Of a stretch of 64,000 nt of DNA, positions 38,742 through 50,439 are shown piece by piece. The stretch covers positions 16,954,463 through 17,018,462 of the forward strand of contig OZ316894.1 of assembly GCA_973895155.1 (NCBI GenBank), written 5' to 3'. The DNA comes from Marsupella aquatica. Lineage: Eukaryota; Plantae; Marchantiophyta. The notes beneath the pieces are model-generated. The model did not search any database and was not told the DNA's origin. It was given only the letters and a program-made list of their open reading frames with translations. Each line of letters starts with the position of its first letter. Within the stretch, counting starts at the first letter, position 1. A program made the position numbers and the translations under genes.

Positions 38742-39959
38742 CTAGTGTGTGCCCATGATTTGGAGGAAGATCAAATTGTTCTGACTTGCAACATAGGAGA
38801 TTCATCAGTGCGAAAATCAAATTTGCAAAAACATCAAAAGAAGAAATCTCAAGGAGATAAAAAAAGAAGATAATTCAAGTATCTTAGTACCCCATGAATC
38901 CAAAAATGAGTCTTGGCTCATCCATTGAATTCTTCTAAATTCATAGAGATGGTCTATTTTGGTATTGAATTTGGCATAAGTGTGATGAAGTGTGGTTGTA
39001 CCAATGTTAGCTTATAACACTAGCCTTTGAGATGAAGTGGTGATGATTAAAATATACGAGCCCTTTGTTACAATTATTCATCTCTGTTCACTATTTTTAC
39101 ACCATTTTGTTTTTTATTTCTTTATAGTATTATTTGTTGCTCCTGGACGTGGATGTTGCCCACATTATGACTGTAGGGATTAAGTACTCAAAACCAGCTT
39201 AAAACATGGAAAGTCTGTAAATGTCCCTCCAACTTGAGAGATGTTGGCTTAAAACTCACAAAGCGTGTTAAAACCATCCATTTTTAACCAAAACAAAATC
39301 AAGTTAAGTAGTAAGATTGTCATTTTTCCTTTATCACCCTTGCTAGTACTACACTCATTTTGGCAGCACTTACGGGGAGTGACTAAGGTCAGAAGACTTG
39401 TGGAGGAAATGGATGCCATGATTGAGACTTTGACTGTAATTGGCAAATATGGTCTCGAATATGGTGCCAACTAGGGGATTCAAAGAAGAGAGTTCAATTA
39501 GAAAGTTAGGAAGGAGAACGCCCACATCCCTTCTTGTTTGAAGACCTGTCTTATTATCAAGAAGTTGAAGAATTTTTAACATATATTTGTATAGAGCAGT
39601 GGAAGGTTTATGGAGAGAATTTCACTAGAAATTCAATGTGTTGAAAGAAGTAGACAATAGATGGAGTGTTGATTAGAGAAAGGAGAGTCTTATCTATTAT
39701 CTTGAGAGAGAGGGCCAGCATGATCAATGTTGATGTTACCACCAATGCCTGAAGCCATGTAGGAGAGGATTGTCCTTCTCACGTAGGCTATTGCAATGTC
39801 ATTATGTGTTTATGTGTACCTTGGCCACAAAATTAATAATCAAACGGTTACAAAAAATTAAACAAATGATCTAACGACTGTCATTCATTCCCGCCCAAAA
39901 TGCACTTTGTAACGGGACGAAGGACTAAAATGAGCGGGATTCAATATTATAGATGTAGA
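38742..39959 (-). mobile_element. Possible non-autonomous Helitron on the - strand
   Basis: The - strand reads A|TCTACATCTATAATATTG from 39959, typical of a Helitron 5' end. A candidate 3' end CATGGGCACACACTAG lies at ~38742 but its hairpin is weak. Confidence 0.35.
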
Positions 39960-41399
39960 TGGGTCAACTTAAGGAATAATGGAGTCCTTAACAATTGAGC
40001 CATGAGAGTACCTGAACATCAAAAATTGTATCCAAGTAAATCTCAGATTGGTTAGAATCCCATGACCATAGATTGTCCGATCTTTACAAACCTGGAATTA
40101 CAATTATGACAGACAATAAATGTCATGCAGGGTTAAGCTTGCCAAAAGATAGGAGCTACAAAAATCTATAAGAACCATGCGCAATTAGAAATATACATTT
40201 ATTGGAGTGATCTAATTAAAAATTAAAAAACATAAATGGCAAAAGACTCTTATATACACTCATACATCAAAAATATTCTCCAATTTATACATCTATCTCT
40301 TATAACTAAGCAAATGAATATTAAATATTCTCAGAATTTACTTCTATAATATGCAATGGGGCCCAACAGAACTTTAGTCTGCTTACAAAATTGAAAATGG
40401 AGGGAATGAACCTAAGCCGTCATATTATTTCTAACTTTTTTGTGTACTCTTGGATTCATTGACCAGGACTGTCAAAGATATACTTCTCTTTATAGTAGAA
40501 TAGAATACAAACTACATGAGATGATTCTACATTCTTGTGTGACATCATCTAAAATGTGTCTTGCTCATTTATTAAATTACACACATCCCAACCATAAACA
40601 TTTGGGGCATGTCAAAGTTTTTGGATTTTGCATAGACTATGCTCATGAAAGTACATCTCCAAACAATAATTGTCAGTGAGGGACAATTGGGGTTGTAGTG
40701 TATCTATTACTCTCCCATGAATACCCTTGAGATGTAAAGCCACAAGGAGGGAAGAGGGGAGAGGGTTGGTTCCAGAAGATAAAGGGAAAAATACACAAGG
40801 AGGGAAACGGGAAAGGGGAGAGGGTTGGTTCCAGAAGATAAAGGAAAAATACACAAAGAGGGAAACAGGAAAATGATAAAGGGGATAATACTTTTGCCAG
40901 CCAAGAGTTTTTTGTGCATAAAAATACTTATTTATCAAAAAATTGAACATTAAAACAAAAAGTGTTTCCCTCCTTGACATTGTTGTCTTGCCTCAACATC
41001 TTTGTCTTGCTTACGCCTTGACATTTTCACTGGCTTCTACATTCTTGCCTTGCCTTGACATCTTTCCTTTGCCTCTATATCATTGCCTCGCCTCAAATTC
41101 TTTTGTGTAAAGCATGGGCATCAGGCTATCACACAATCACGTATCTCATCCATTTATGGACATCATCTGCTAATAGTCTCAAGATTGGGCCGAATTTAAC
41201 CTCAACCGTTCAATGGAAAATAATTTTTTTGTTGACCCTTGATCTGCAAAACTCCATTAATAGCTTTGGATACGATCTCCTCTAACTTCCTTTCCGGGTT
41301 CCTTTCGGTATGTTGGGTTTCTCTCACTTTGCCTTTTGTGTATGTCTTTTCGCTTATATTTCCTTTTATTTATGAACATTGCCTTTCTCTGTAATTATT

Positions 41400-42040
41400 T
41401 GTCTTTTGCCTCACTTTGACCTTGCTTGACCTCTTTCCCTCCCCTCGACATCTTGCCATCACCTGGACATCTTTGCTTCTCCTCGATATCTGGCCCTTGC
41501 CTGGACATCTTTGCATCTCCTTGACATCTTGCCCTTGCCTCGACATCTTCGCATCTCCTTAACATTTTTGCCTCTCCTTGACATCTTTCCCTCCCCTTGA
41601 CATCTTGTCCTCGCCTGGACATCTTTGTCTCTCCTCGACATTTTTGTCTCTCCTCAACATCTTGCCCTTGCCTGGACATCTTTGCCTCTCCTTGACATCT
41701 CTCCCTCCTCTCTACATCTTGCCCTCTCCTGGACATCTTTGCCTCTCCTTGACATCTTGCCCTCGCCTCAACATCTTTGCATCTCCTTGCGGGTCTCCTC
41801 GACATCTTACCCTCTCCTTGACATTTTTGTCTCTCCTCGACATCTTGCCCTCGCCTCAACATCTTTGCCTCTCCTTGACATCTTGCCCTCGCTTGTACAT
41901 CTTTGCCTCTCCTCAACATCTGGCCCTTGCCTCGACATCTTTGCATCTCCTTGACATCTTACCCTCTTCTTGATATCTTTGTCTCTCCTTGACATCTTGC
42001 CCTTGCCTCAACATCTTGCCCCACCTCACTCAACATCTTT
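41400..42040. repeat. ~19-20-bp minisatellite (GACATCTT core), ~30 units
   Basis: Alternating CTTGACATCTTTGCCTCTC and CCTCGACATCTTGCCCTTG type units; related units at ~40970-41090. Confidence 0.92.
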
Positions 42041-42069
42041 CATGCAACGCACGGGCATGGGGCTAGTAC

Positions 42070-43100
42070 CTCGTTAGTAATGTCTTGATAAAATCTCTCA
42101 ATGTCACATTCATTGGAAACTAAACTAGAGCAAAATTAGAAACTCATCATTTCCTTAGTACTTGACAAAATCTATCAATGTTAAGTTCATTGGAAAGCTA
42201 GAGAAATTAAGATACTCATGATCTCTCTACTTCTTGACGAATACTTCCAATGTCACACAGTAGAAAACTAGAGAGATTGGAAACCTCATGATCTCTTTAG
42301 TACCGTGACAAAATGTGACATAAAATTTGTCAATCTCGGACTCAATGTTGAAAAGTTAAAAGAATTCATGAACTCATGATCAAAATTTCTTATTGTCACA
42401 CTCATTGGAAAGACAAAGATATTCAAAAACTCATATGGTACTTGACAAAAATTGTCAATCCGAGGCTCATTGGAAACCCTTTCTCTATTAAGAGACATCA
42501 AAATCCCGTCACCGTCACAAACTTAGCCATTGCAAATTGATTTCTTTGATTACGTTGTCATTGCTTGTCCGCAACGCTTGCTTCTTGACTTGAATTGTTC
42601 GCGTCCCTCCAGGCTCCAACGAGCTCACTCTGAACATAGGCTGACACCAAAAGCAACCTCTGTGTCAAAGAAACAATGGTTGGTCTCCCCCTCACACAAT
42701 AGTTTTCTTAAATTAAAAAAACTACAAAACCTGTATGTGAAGTGATGGCTCGTCCATTTTGTGCATTCTTCCCACCAAAATGACAAGCACCCTTTTGCCA
42801 ACAGCTGAGTGATGTTCTCTGGTCTATCTTGTGGGGGTAATGTTCAATGTAACTCACAAACAATCAATAAGGAATGGTAGAAACACGATTTCTCCAATGT
42901 GTGAGAAAACCAAAACATTCTTACACATTCAACCTTTGGTTTGATGAACCAAAGAGATCATCTCAACCAGATCGATATCTTCTATCTTTTCAAACGTTCT
43001 CTTTGGTATGAGCACACACCAAGATCATCGGGAGACTCAAAACCATTGATTACCACCTTGAAAAAAGTTGATTTCACTTTATCACACACATTCGACATGG
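42070..43100 (+). repeat. ~1-kb dispersed repeat, copy 2
   Basis: Direct-orientation homolog of 27740-28840; the spurious - strand ORFs at 28009 and 42286 align over their length. Confidence 0.85.
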
Positions 43101-43214
43101 GGGTACACGGAGTAATTATTTGCAGTGGCATGGGGCTAGTACATGTTTATAAAATATGGATATTTAAATTGGACTATCTTGAACAAAGAGACATAACATC
43201 ATAAGGAAACACCC

Positions 43215-43428
43215 TTAAACCACACCTGCCCCTATAAAGGGCTACGGGTAACCCGTAGCTCTCATTTTGAAGAGTACAAGTTCAGAAATGGACTTTGAGT
43301 TCCACAAAAGGTGTTGACTGCAAAAGCTTTTTTTTGGCAAATACTCCACAAAAGGTGCTAATGTTCCACCTTTTATGGTGAGTAGTGAGCCATGGAATGA
43401 GACTTTTATAGTGGCAGGTGTGGTTTAA
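43215..43428 (+). mobile_element. Tourist/PIF-Harbinger-like MITE, family A (214 bp)
   Basis: 24-bp IR TTAAACCACACCTGCCCCTATAAA and TTTATAGTGGCAGGTGTGGTTTAA (1 mismatch), with TTA/TAA-type ends. Confidence 0.8.
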
Positions 43429-43982
43429 TGCACCTAACACACCGTGAGTCCAAAGTTGGAGCCCTTTCCACTCAGTCCATAGTACTCAGGGCTAATCAAA
43501 AGAAACAATGGGCCACATCGTGTAACGCCACCCTTCTTAGTCCAGCCAGCTTTGCAGATGGCAGTTTCGAATTAATTTCCGTCTGATTTTGTCTTTGGAA
43601 AGTTCATCGGAGAACCTGAAGGATCTCATCAATCAATCCTCGTGTAAACTTCTGCAAGATGTTTACATTTGCATCTGGCGCTTTGCCATTTTCACCTAAT
43701 TTGGTCGCACCACTGTAGTAGTGTAGTGTCCTCAGGCGTGCCGAGCAGAGCCAAGGAGAGCCGAGGAGCGTTACTTAGCCTGCTAGACTCTTGAGGTGTG
43801 TTCTTTTCGAAGTGAACTCAATTGGGTTGTTTTCTTGGCATCAGGGCGTTTTTTTGGACTTGAAAGGCATCTGTGCGTTCTGTGCTGAAGTACTTTTGTC
43901 CAATTTGGGTCTGGCAGTCGTGGACGACCCAAGCCTGAGGTTACTGTCGAAGGAGATCACTTGCTTTAAGTTGCGTCGTCTT

Positions 43983-44090
43983 CATTGAAAGTAAGTATTC
44001 GTTCTTGGAGCTATGAGAACAGAACGTTAGTGGGGTGCCACCATTGAAAGTAAGTATTCGTTCTTGGAGCTATCAGAACAGAACGTTAGT
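43983..44090. repeat. 59-bp-period tandem duplication of a 5'-UTR splice donor
   Basis: CATTGAAA|GTAAGTATTCGTTCTTGGAGCTAT(G/C)AGAACAGAACGTTAGT occurs twice. Confidence 0.85.
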
Positions 44091-44765
44091 CATGTGCCAC
44101 CGTTGAAATAGCCATCTCTGTGTATTTTGCTATGGGCGAAACACAACTTGAAGTTCATTTAGAATGCTTCTCCGGCCACCGCACCTTAACAACATGACAA
44201 TAAGTAGGAGGAGTTCTGAAATACCAACATATGTTAGATGTAAATCGTTTACCTCGATGAAGGAGTGTGATGCTTGCCTGCAGTTTGTGATCAGAGGGCT
44301 TTGGAGATAGTTTGGAGCTCTGGAATGCCAAGTTCTGCAGCATGTCCAGTGTCGTACAAGTAACACACTTACGTTTGCATCTGCCAACTGTAGCTCTAAT
44401 TTCTAGGTGAAACTCGTAATTAGAAATTAGAGCTCTGGAATGCCAAGTTCTAATTTCGAGATGAAATTTCAATGATACTCAACGCTTTAAAAGTAACCTA
44501 ATTCAATTGTCTCATTTCCGTCCAGACTTTATGTACCGAAGTTATTGAGTGAGAAGACTCCACCCATGCAACGAATATCGGAACATGTATTCTTTCTTAT
44601 ACCCTGGCTAGGTTGCGTGCTGATTTGCGGTGGATGGGGTCAATGTCTAATTCGCAGACTGCGGTCAATTGACTGTAGGACGAAGAGTTCCAGCGTCAGA
44701 AGGCGGAGTACTTCTTGAAATCGTTGAGGGATTCGAAGTTTGAGTCATCGAGGGATTCGGAATTG

Positions 44766-46641
44766 ATGGCCTCACAAAAACTGTGGTTGAGAACTCTGCC
44801 GCTGCTGGTGTTCCTCCTTGTGCTCCCGATTCCTCTTTGTCGTGGGAAGTACGACAGACATGTTGTATCGGTGAGTTTTCATTACTTCGACAGCTCCAAC
44901 CAAAGCGTATTAGTTCGGCTGATAATTCTTAGCAAAGGCATTGCTTAAGTTTGGGGTAGAACAGTTTGCCTGGTGCGATATTTTCTATGTCGTGAAGTCT
45001 CCTGCGTTACTTCAAGGTTGCGAGATTTTGAGTCTACTACTGCTTGGGCACGCTGACAATTATCAATGATTCCGCACAAAGCTTTACCTTGGTACACTAT
45101 TTGGGATGCAGATACATACCACCCCAAATTTCATTTCTAGACCGTATTCTGCACAGCTGGAAAATAATTATCTTGAATCATTGAAGGAAAGAAAACCCAT
45201 CAGAGTAATCGTACAAGTTGAAAAGGATTAACCAAGGTCTGCAATGTCCAGAGTGAGGGCCCCCTGCTTGTGTGGCAGGCAAATGACATTCGAGAACTCT
45301 CTGCGGCCAGTGCTAGGGGGAGTGGGTACTGATGGAATGTGTTCAAACCTGCTTTTTGTAGGATAAAGATATGACGAGGAGGAAAGAGGTCTGCTATATT
45401 GATATTGACAAGTATGTTGTATATAATTCTCAACTGTGTCCTTAAGGGCACTCGCGGCATGTGCAAGTCAAGGGATATAAACCTTTTTTTCGCTCCATCA
45501 GAAATCTTCTCCTGTTTCGTTGTGTAGTTTCTGAAAGATTAGAAATTGGAGTTATTAAAAGTATGCAATTATAGCTTTATAAGCTGAGAAAATAGAATTG
45601 TAGCGGTCGACATTGCGATGAGCGTTGCAAATTGTGTCATTCACAGGCTTAGAAATCCTTTCGATCTACTGTCACTAGACTAGTGATCCATTTTACACTT
45701 ATTCACGTAGGTATCTCCCTATTTTCTGGCTTGTCAAATCTATCTTTCGTCTGTGATGGTGTTCCCGTATATCTTATGGAGGGTGAAGAATATTTTAACT
45801 TCTGTACTTCTGTTTCTATTTCTGTTTCTGTCATATGAGTCTCCCCTATTTAATTACGAATCTCTTACACAAGTTTTTAGTTATCTCAAGCGTAGGCATG
45901 GCTAGTAAGTGTAAAAATGGCAGGATATAATTATATTCTGGATGTGCCTTCCATGAATTGAATGAGTAAGCAAAATTCTTACCGTTTCTTTGTGATGGCA
46001 GTGGGTTATGGGGTAGAAGTTGTCGATCTTCTTGGACTGCAAAAGAGAACTGTGCTCTCCGATGTGTTTCACCTACATGCTATAATAGGATCTATGGCGA
46101 AGACCCTGTACATATTCTGCTCTTTGTTCAGTTCGAAAGTTTGGCAGAAGATGTGCATGTCGTTTTCAGAAAGCCTTTACTTGAAGCTACGCTGTACTAC
46201 AGATATCAGTAAAACTGCTTGGTTTGTACTCCTACAGAAAGTTCGGTGTTGAGGATCAACCGGTATGAAATAGTTTGTAGAATGTCGGGCAGAGTTGCAA
46301 AGTGGCATGTCCACAAGCCTATTGTGGAACCGGTTGCAAATATTGACTAACAAAATTGGTTTTGTCTGTAGCTTGAGGAGGGAGAAGTTGACTTTAGAAG
46401 GGGGCGAGAGTATCGAAATTGTTTACGGAGGTTTGTTGTAACTTTCAATCTGTTCCCGCATCATCTTTTGTAAACATTTGTTAATGTAGCCTTGCATGCA
46501 TAGTACAATTGTAGTAGTCCGTAATCTTGCATTTTGCAATAGTATTGTCATTCCGGGTTCTTCCCATCTTCCTGACTCAGCTTTTCACTCACGTTCTTCG
46601 ACTTCAGGGAACTCCTGAGCGAGGCAAAGGCCGTGAAGTGA
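44766..46641 (+). CDS. Putative small secreted peptide precursor, 3 coding exons, 65 aa
   Basis: Exons 44766-44870 (donor GTGAG), 46372-46430 (branch point GACTAAC, acceptor TGTAG) and 46608-46641 (acceptor TTCAG, TGA) join in frame to MASQKLWLRTLPLLVFLLVLPIPLCRGKYDRHVVSLEEGEVDFRRGREYRNCLRRELLSEAKAVK. Signal-peptide-like N-terminus; a leader exon with donor lies near 43990. Confidence 0.55.
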
Positions 46642-47255
46642 GACCTTCTCCCTCAATGACGAGATCGGCAATTACTTTTAACACGTTCAGCTAGGGAAAC
46701 TCTTCTAATTGATAGTGAATCTGAGGAGATTGTAAATACGATGCAATAATTAATTGTGGAGACTCATATCTAACTAGAAGACTTTCCGTAGTCAGTAGTA
46801 TTACAATACGCTAGCGATGAACAGAATTGGAGGCTTTCACAGGTCCTTCTGCTTTTCTCCATCACACATCCACAAGGGATGGAGATGCTCCCTCACTTTG
46901 AGCGCTTATCTTTCATTATCAATCTACCCTTGTAATCATTTGCCAATGCAAGTCAAGTTGCAAGTTGGATGCAAGAAGCTTATCAGACCATGCGTCTCAG
47001 AGTGTCCTGGTTATTGCTATGAGTAATCAGTCCAATATAGAGCACATTGAAAGATTCAATAGAAGTTAAGTTGGGTTGGGCGTTCACCAAGCTGCGCTTG
47101 CATTGTCCAAGATTCTTTCTGTACGCTTTACTGACACAACCAATAGGTAATTTCTATGTATGTTGTCATTCTCGATTGTTCTAACATCTGAGAGTGTAGA
47201 GAGCAGAAAGCGTCTAGGAGATGTCTAGTGAACTGGCATTGCTTTTCAACCAGTT

Positions 47256-48253
47256 TTATATGACAGCGCAATTTGCTAACCATGATTTGGAAAGGTGTCC
47301 AAGGCATTCTGATTCTCCCATAGAACGTGGATTTAATACGCGCAAAATTTCATGATTTGTTCCGAGATCAACGATCGATGTTTTAACTTTCAAGACATCT
47401 TCCCCACGTAAACATTGAGTCTGTGGGCTTTCAGCCATCCTATAGACATTGAATTTAGCTACATACTAGATTCCACTCACCGTCCCTGTGGATAGCCTCT
47501 AAGGTAGGGACCAAGATGATAGATATGAAAAAATGAACTTCGGGTTCTAGGTTTTTTCAGATTGACGGATTCATTTGCGTGCTGGAAGTAAAGTGAAAAA
47601 GTTTGGTAAAGAAATTTATAGAAATATATTGCACTGACATACAATGAGTTCGTCCGCCACAAGCAAGGCTAATTCAGTTAATCGAACGGTTTGCTGGAAT
47701 TTTCTGTGCATCTACTAGGGAGTGTTTCCGATACCCAGATGGGTAAACTCCGAGGGAGATGGCTTGTGGAGTTTTGGATGATAATTTCTTATAGCGCTAG
47801 GCTCGGAATTGGTGCCAACGTGATAGCTGTCGCTGTACTATCAGCGTTGTCAAACGGAGGTGTACTTTCCGACGCTTGAAATTTTGCGTCGGGTCTCATC
47901 TCCTGGATGTACTACTTCTTAAGTGGTGCGAGGATGGGCGTCTGGAACTTTTTATGCATAGATTGTCATGCTTGATTTCCAGGCTCTCTTGTTCCATATT
48001 CTCGTGCATAATTTTCAAGTTCTCAACCGCCGAAGCTAAAGCCTTCGAGTTCATTCCAATGTCGTTTTGGAGACGTAGCCTTTTCCTTCGATTTCGTCGA
48101 TAATTTGAAAGGATTTCCTACAGCCATCGCCTCATATGTGTAAGTCGTCTCTCAGGCAGAGGAATTGAGCAGGACTCTTATTCTAATGGCAACGTTTACC
48201 AATTCCGAAAGGCCATTGCCAATGATTGCAGACACTGCGCCGGATTCAACCAT
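47256..48253 (-). pseudogene. Possible decayed NLR fragment (CC/RPW8-like N-terminus and start of NB-ARC)
   Basis: Frameshifted pieces: MVESGAVSAIIGNGLSELVNVAIRI; CLRDDL; FQIIDEIEGK; KALASAVENLKIMHE; EDVLKVKTSIVDLGTNHEILRVL..MG, followed by a disrupted P-loop-like stretch. Resemblance judged by eye only. Confidence 0.3.
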
Positions 48254-48710
48254 AGCCGCGCTCTCCTCGATTCGCGATGACCTTCTCGAATATTTTCCCA
48301 CCCATTACCGTATATACAATCCAGCCCAACCTGCCCATTTACAATAAGTGGCAGCGATTCTATCGAGGGTGTCTGTCAAGAGAAGGAAGCTGTGAGCTCC
48401 CAGGCGTGCGAGGACTCCTGGTTGCTCGTCAAATTTCGACTCCTTGCAGCAATGTCTGTTTGATTTGAGAAAGCTAGCTTTGCCTGATTTCGTTCATGGA
48501 AGAGACTTGTCCCTAACGATCGGGAAGATAGACAAGCCCAGGCAAAGACCAAGATTTTGTATTGCCTCTCCATCAGAGTGTCGCCTCTCCATCAGAGTGT
48601 CGCCTCTCCACCAGAGTGTCCTCAATTCTCCCAATACTGTGTCCAGAAGCGGTAAAGAGTCGACAATCACGGCAGGGGAAAGCTACAGATCATAACAAGT
48701 GATTCACTAA

Positions 48711-50273
48711 TTATATCGAACGGCTTCGGGGGGTTTCCGCTTGTCCGTCTAGCTCCGACGAGGCCATCGCCATATCAGGTCGACCGTTTCCTTCTCCTGG
48801 CAAACCATCCTCTGACTCCTCCATCTCTTTCAACATCTTTCTCACCCCTTCCAGATGCTTGCCCACCGGTTCCCACAGCAAATCCTCCTGAAACATATCC
48901 GGAGCACTCATCCCATCCTTCCCTTGACAGAATCCCGCACAAGCCAGGAGTATAGGCTGCATGAGAACAGTTGGCAGGGGTAGCATGTCGCGCAGGGAAA
49001 ATATCACGTCTCGGCTCGTCCAAAACCGCTTGACGTGGGAGACGTACCCCGAGAAATTCCCGTGGGATCGCCACGGAACGAGCAGCATGCCTGGCAAGAA
49101 TTGGCGACGAGCGCCTTGGCGGGGGACGACGATCGAGCTACTACTTTCCATGGTGGGATCCGTAATACAACGCGCTAGGTCTGGTGTTCCTGCGAAGAGA
49201 TGAATGCCGCTCGTCGCGCGCGGATTGCATTCGATGGAGACGAGGCGGCCGTTATGGGTCTCCACAAAGTCGAATGCGAGCTGACCTGAAACTCCTGGGT
49301 GTGCGGCGACGATCTTCTCAACGTATGCGCGGATGCGTGGGTGTTCTACAGATTCGAAGTAGACGCACGAGCTGTCATCAAGTGTGTCTTTCACGGGGTA
49401 GACGGCATGCGCCCGGAGCTGGCCGTCGCGGATGATGGAGTAGCTGCAGTATCTCGATCCTGTGAGCCACTCCTGCGCAGTGTAGTGGATTTCGTCAGAA
49501 ATGGCCAATTCAGTTGCGCTCGGGAGCGGCTCTTCTGGTTTCAGGTGAAAGATGTTGCCTGAGGCGCGGCCAAACACCGGCTTCAACGCCCATTCCCTCG
49601 TGAGATCTAACATTCGAACGTCATTCATGCTGCGGCAGAGATAAGCTTCCGGGTAGTCGAGGCCGAGGCGTTTCAACAACCGGTTCATCTGCCACTTATC
49701 ATGCAGGCGGATGAGAGCACCGAAAGGTGGCGCAAATAGCCTGTCCAGGATGTCGCGGTCGTCGCATTCCGCAAGATGAAAAATCTCCTCGTGCAGCGGA
49801 ATGATCAGGTCAATCTGCTGGGCTTTGACTGTATTCTTCACGGCGGCGATGTATCCAGCGGCATTGTCACTCGGCGCAGGGACCCCGAAGCTCTTCTTCA
49901 CAGCCTTAGATGCCTTGCAAGCGTGAAAGTTCATAGGGTCGACTACGAAGATGGTATGCCCGGCCAGCTTGAGCTGCCGGGCCAGATCAATTGCCACGGG
50001 GAATCGTCCGTTCGAAAGGAGGATGTTGAGGGAACGGACACCCTGCGGCGTTTCTTTCTCCGTCTTCATTCTCTCGTTACATCGAGGAGTTGGGCTCTCG
50101 TGGAAAGGACGGATGGCAGAATTACTTCCAAGACTCTGGTTATTGTGATCAAGATATAAAAGGCTGGCCAGCAGAGGAGTCGGGGATTTCCATATGCACC
50201 TCGTCAGCGGCCCCACATACTCCGAGGATGATCGGCGAGACAGCCGTGTGATGATGTTTCTGAATCCATTCAT
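48711..50273 (-). CDS. Intronless ATP-grasp ligase-like protein of fungal/bacterial type (MysC-related clan), 520 aa, with a presequence-like N-terminal extension
   Basis: Single uninterrupted ORF, visibly more GC-rich than its flanks. Pre-ATP-grasp ILLSNGRFPVAIDLARQL..AGH...IDLIIPLHEE; ATP-grasp motifs LHDKW, ALKPVFGRAS, QEWLTG..YCSYS, GQLAFDFV and IECNPRATSG. Confidence 0.88.
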   Translation of the reverse strand: MNGFRNIITRLSRRSSSEYVGPLTRCIWKSPTPLLASLLYLDHNNQSLGSNSAIRPFHESPTPRCNERMKTEKETPQGVRSLNILLSNGRFPVAIDLARQLKLAGHTIFVVDPMNFHACKASKAVKKSFGVPAPSDNAAGYIAAVKNTVKAQQIDLIIPLHEEIFHLAECDDRDILDRLFAPPFGALIRLHDKWQMNRLLKRLGLDYPEAYLCRSMNDVRMLDLTREWALKPVFGRASGNIFHLKPEEPLPSATELAISDEIHYTAQEWLTGSRYCSYSIIRDGQLRAHAVYPVKDTLDDSSCVYFESVEHPRIRAYVEKIVAAHPGVSGQLAFDFVETHNGRLVSIECNPRATSGIHLFAGTPDLARCITDPTMESSSSIVVPRQGARRQFLPGMLLVPWRSHGNFSGYVSHVKRFWTSRDVIFSLRDMLPLPTVLMQPILLACAGFCQGKDGMSAPDMFQEDLLWEPVGKHLEGVRKMLKEMEESEDGLPGEGNGRPDMAMASSELDGQAETPRSRSI

Positions 50274-50439
50274 TTTGTTGCTCTCGAAGTACCTGCCCGA
50301 CGATCATCCTACACCCACAGATAAAAACCCATCGAAAGAGCCTTCCCCGGTGGAATCCACAATCCAGAGTACGGCGGTGACATCTCTCTGTGCATGCACT
50401 ACAAATGGTATCTCCACCTCCAAACACCGGGGATCGCCT

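Larger units (their letters stand above)
40292..43139 (+). mobile_element. Non-autonomous Helitron-like composite with serial 3' termini
   Basis: 5' A|TCTATCTCTTATAACTAAG at 40292. 3' end ATGCAACGCACGGGCATGGGGCTAG|T (CTAG 42063-42066), a second GGCATGGGGCTAG|T (43136-43139) and a decayed GCATGGGCATCAGGCTAT (~41112-41129). AT target site. Confidence 0.6.

Noticed and set aside
41395-41995. R/Q/G-rich repetitive ORFs of up to 183 aa
   Set aside because: They are translations of the GACATCTT minisatellite, open in several frames on both strands, with no gene context.
48775-50159. Alternative-frame and antisense ORFs within the ATP-grasp gene
   Set aside because: Expected shadows of a GC-rich coding sequence.
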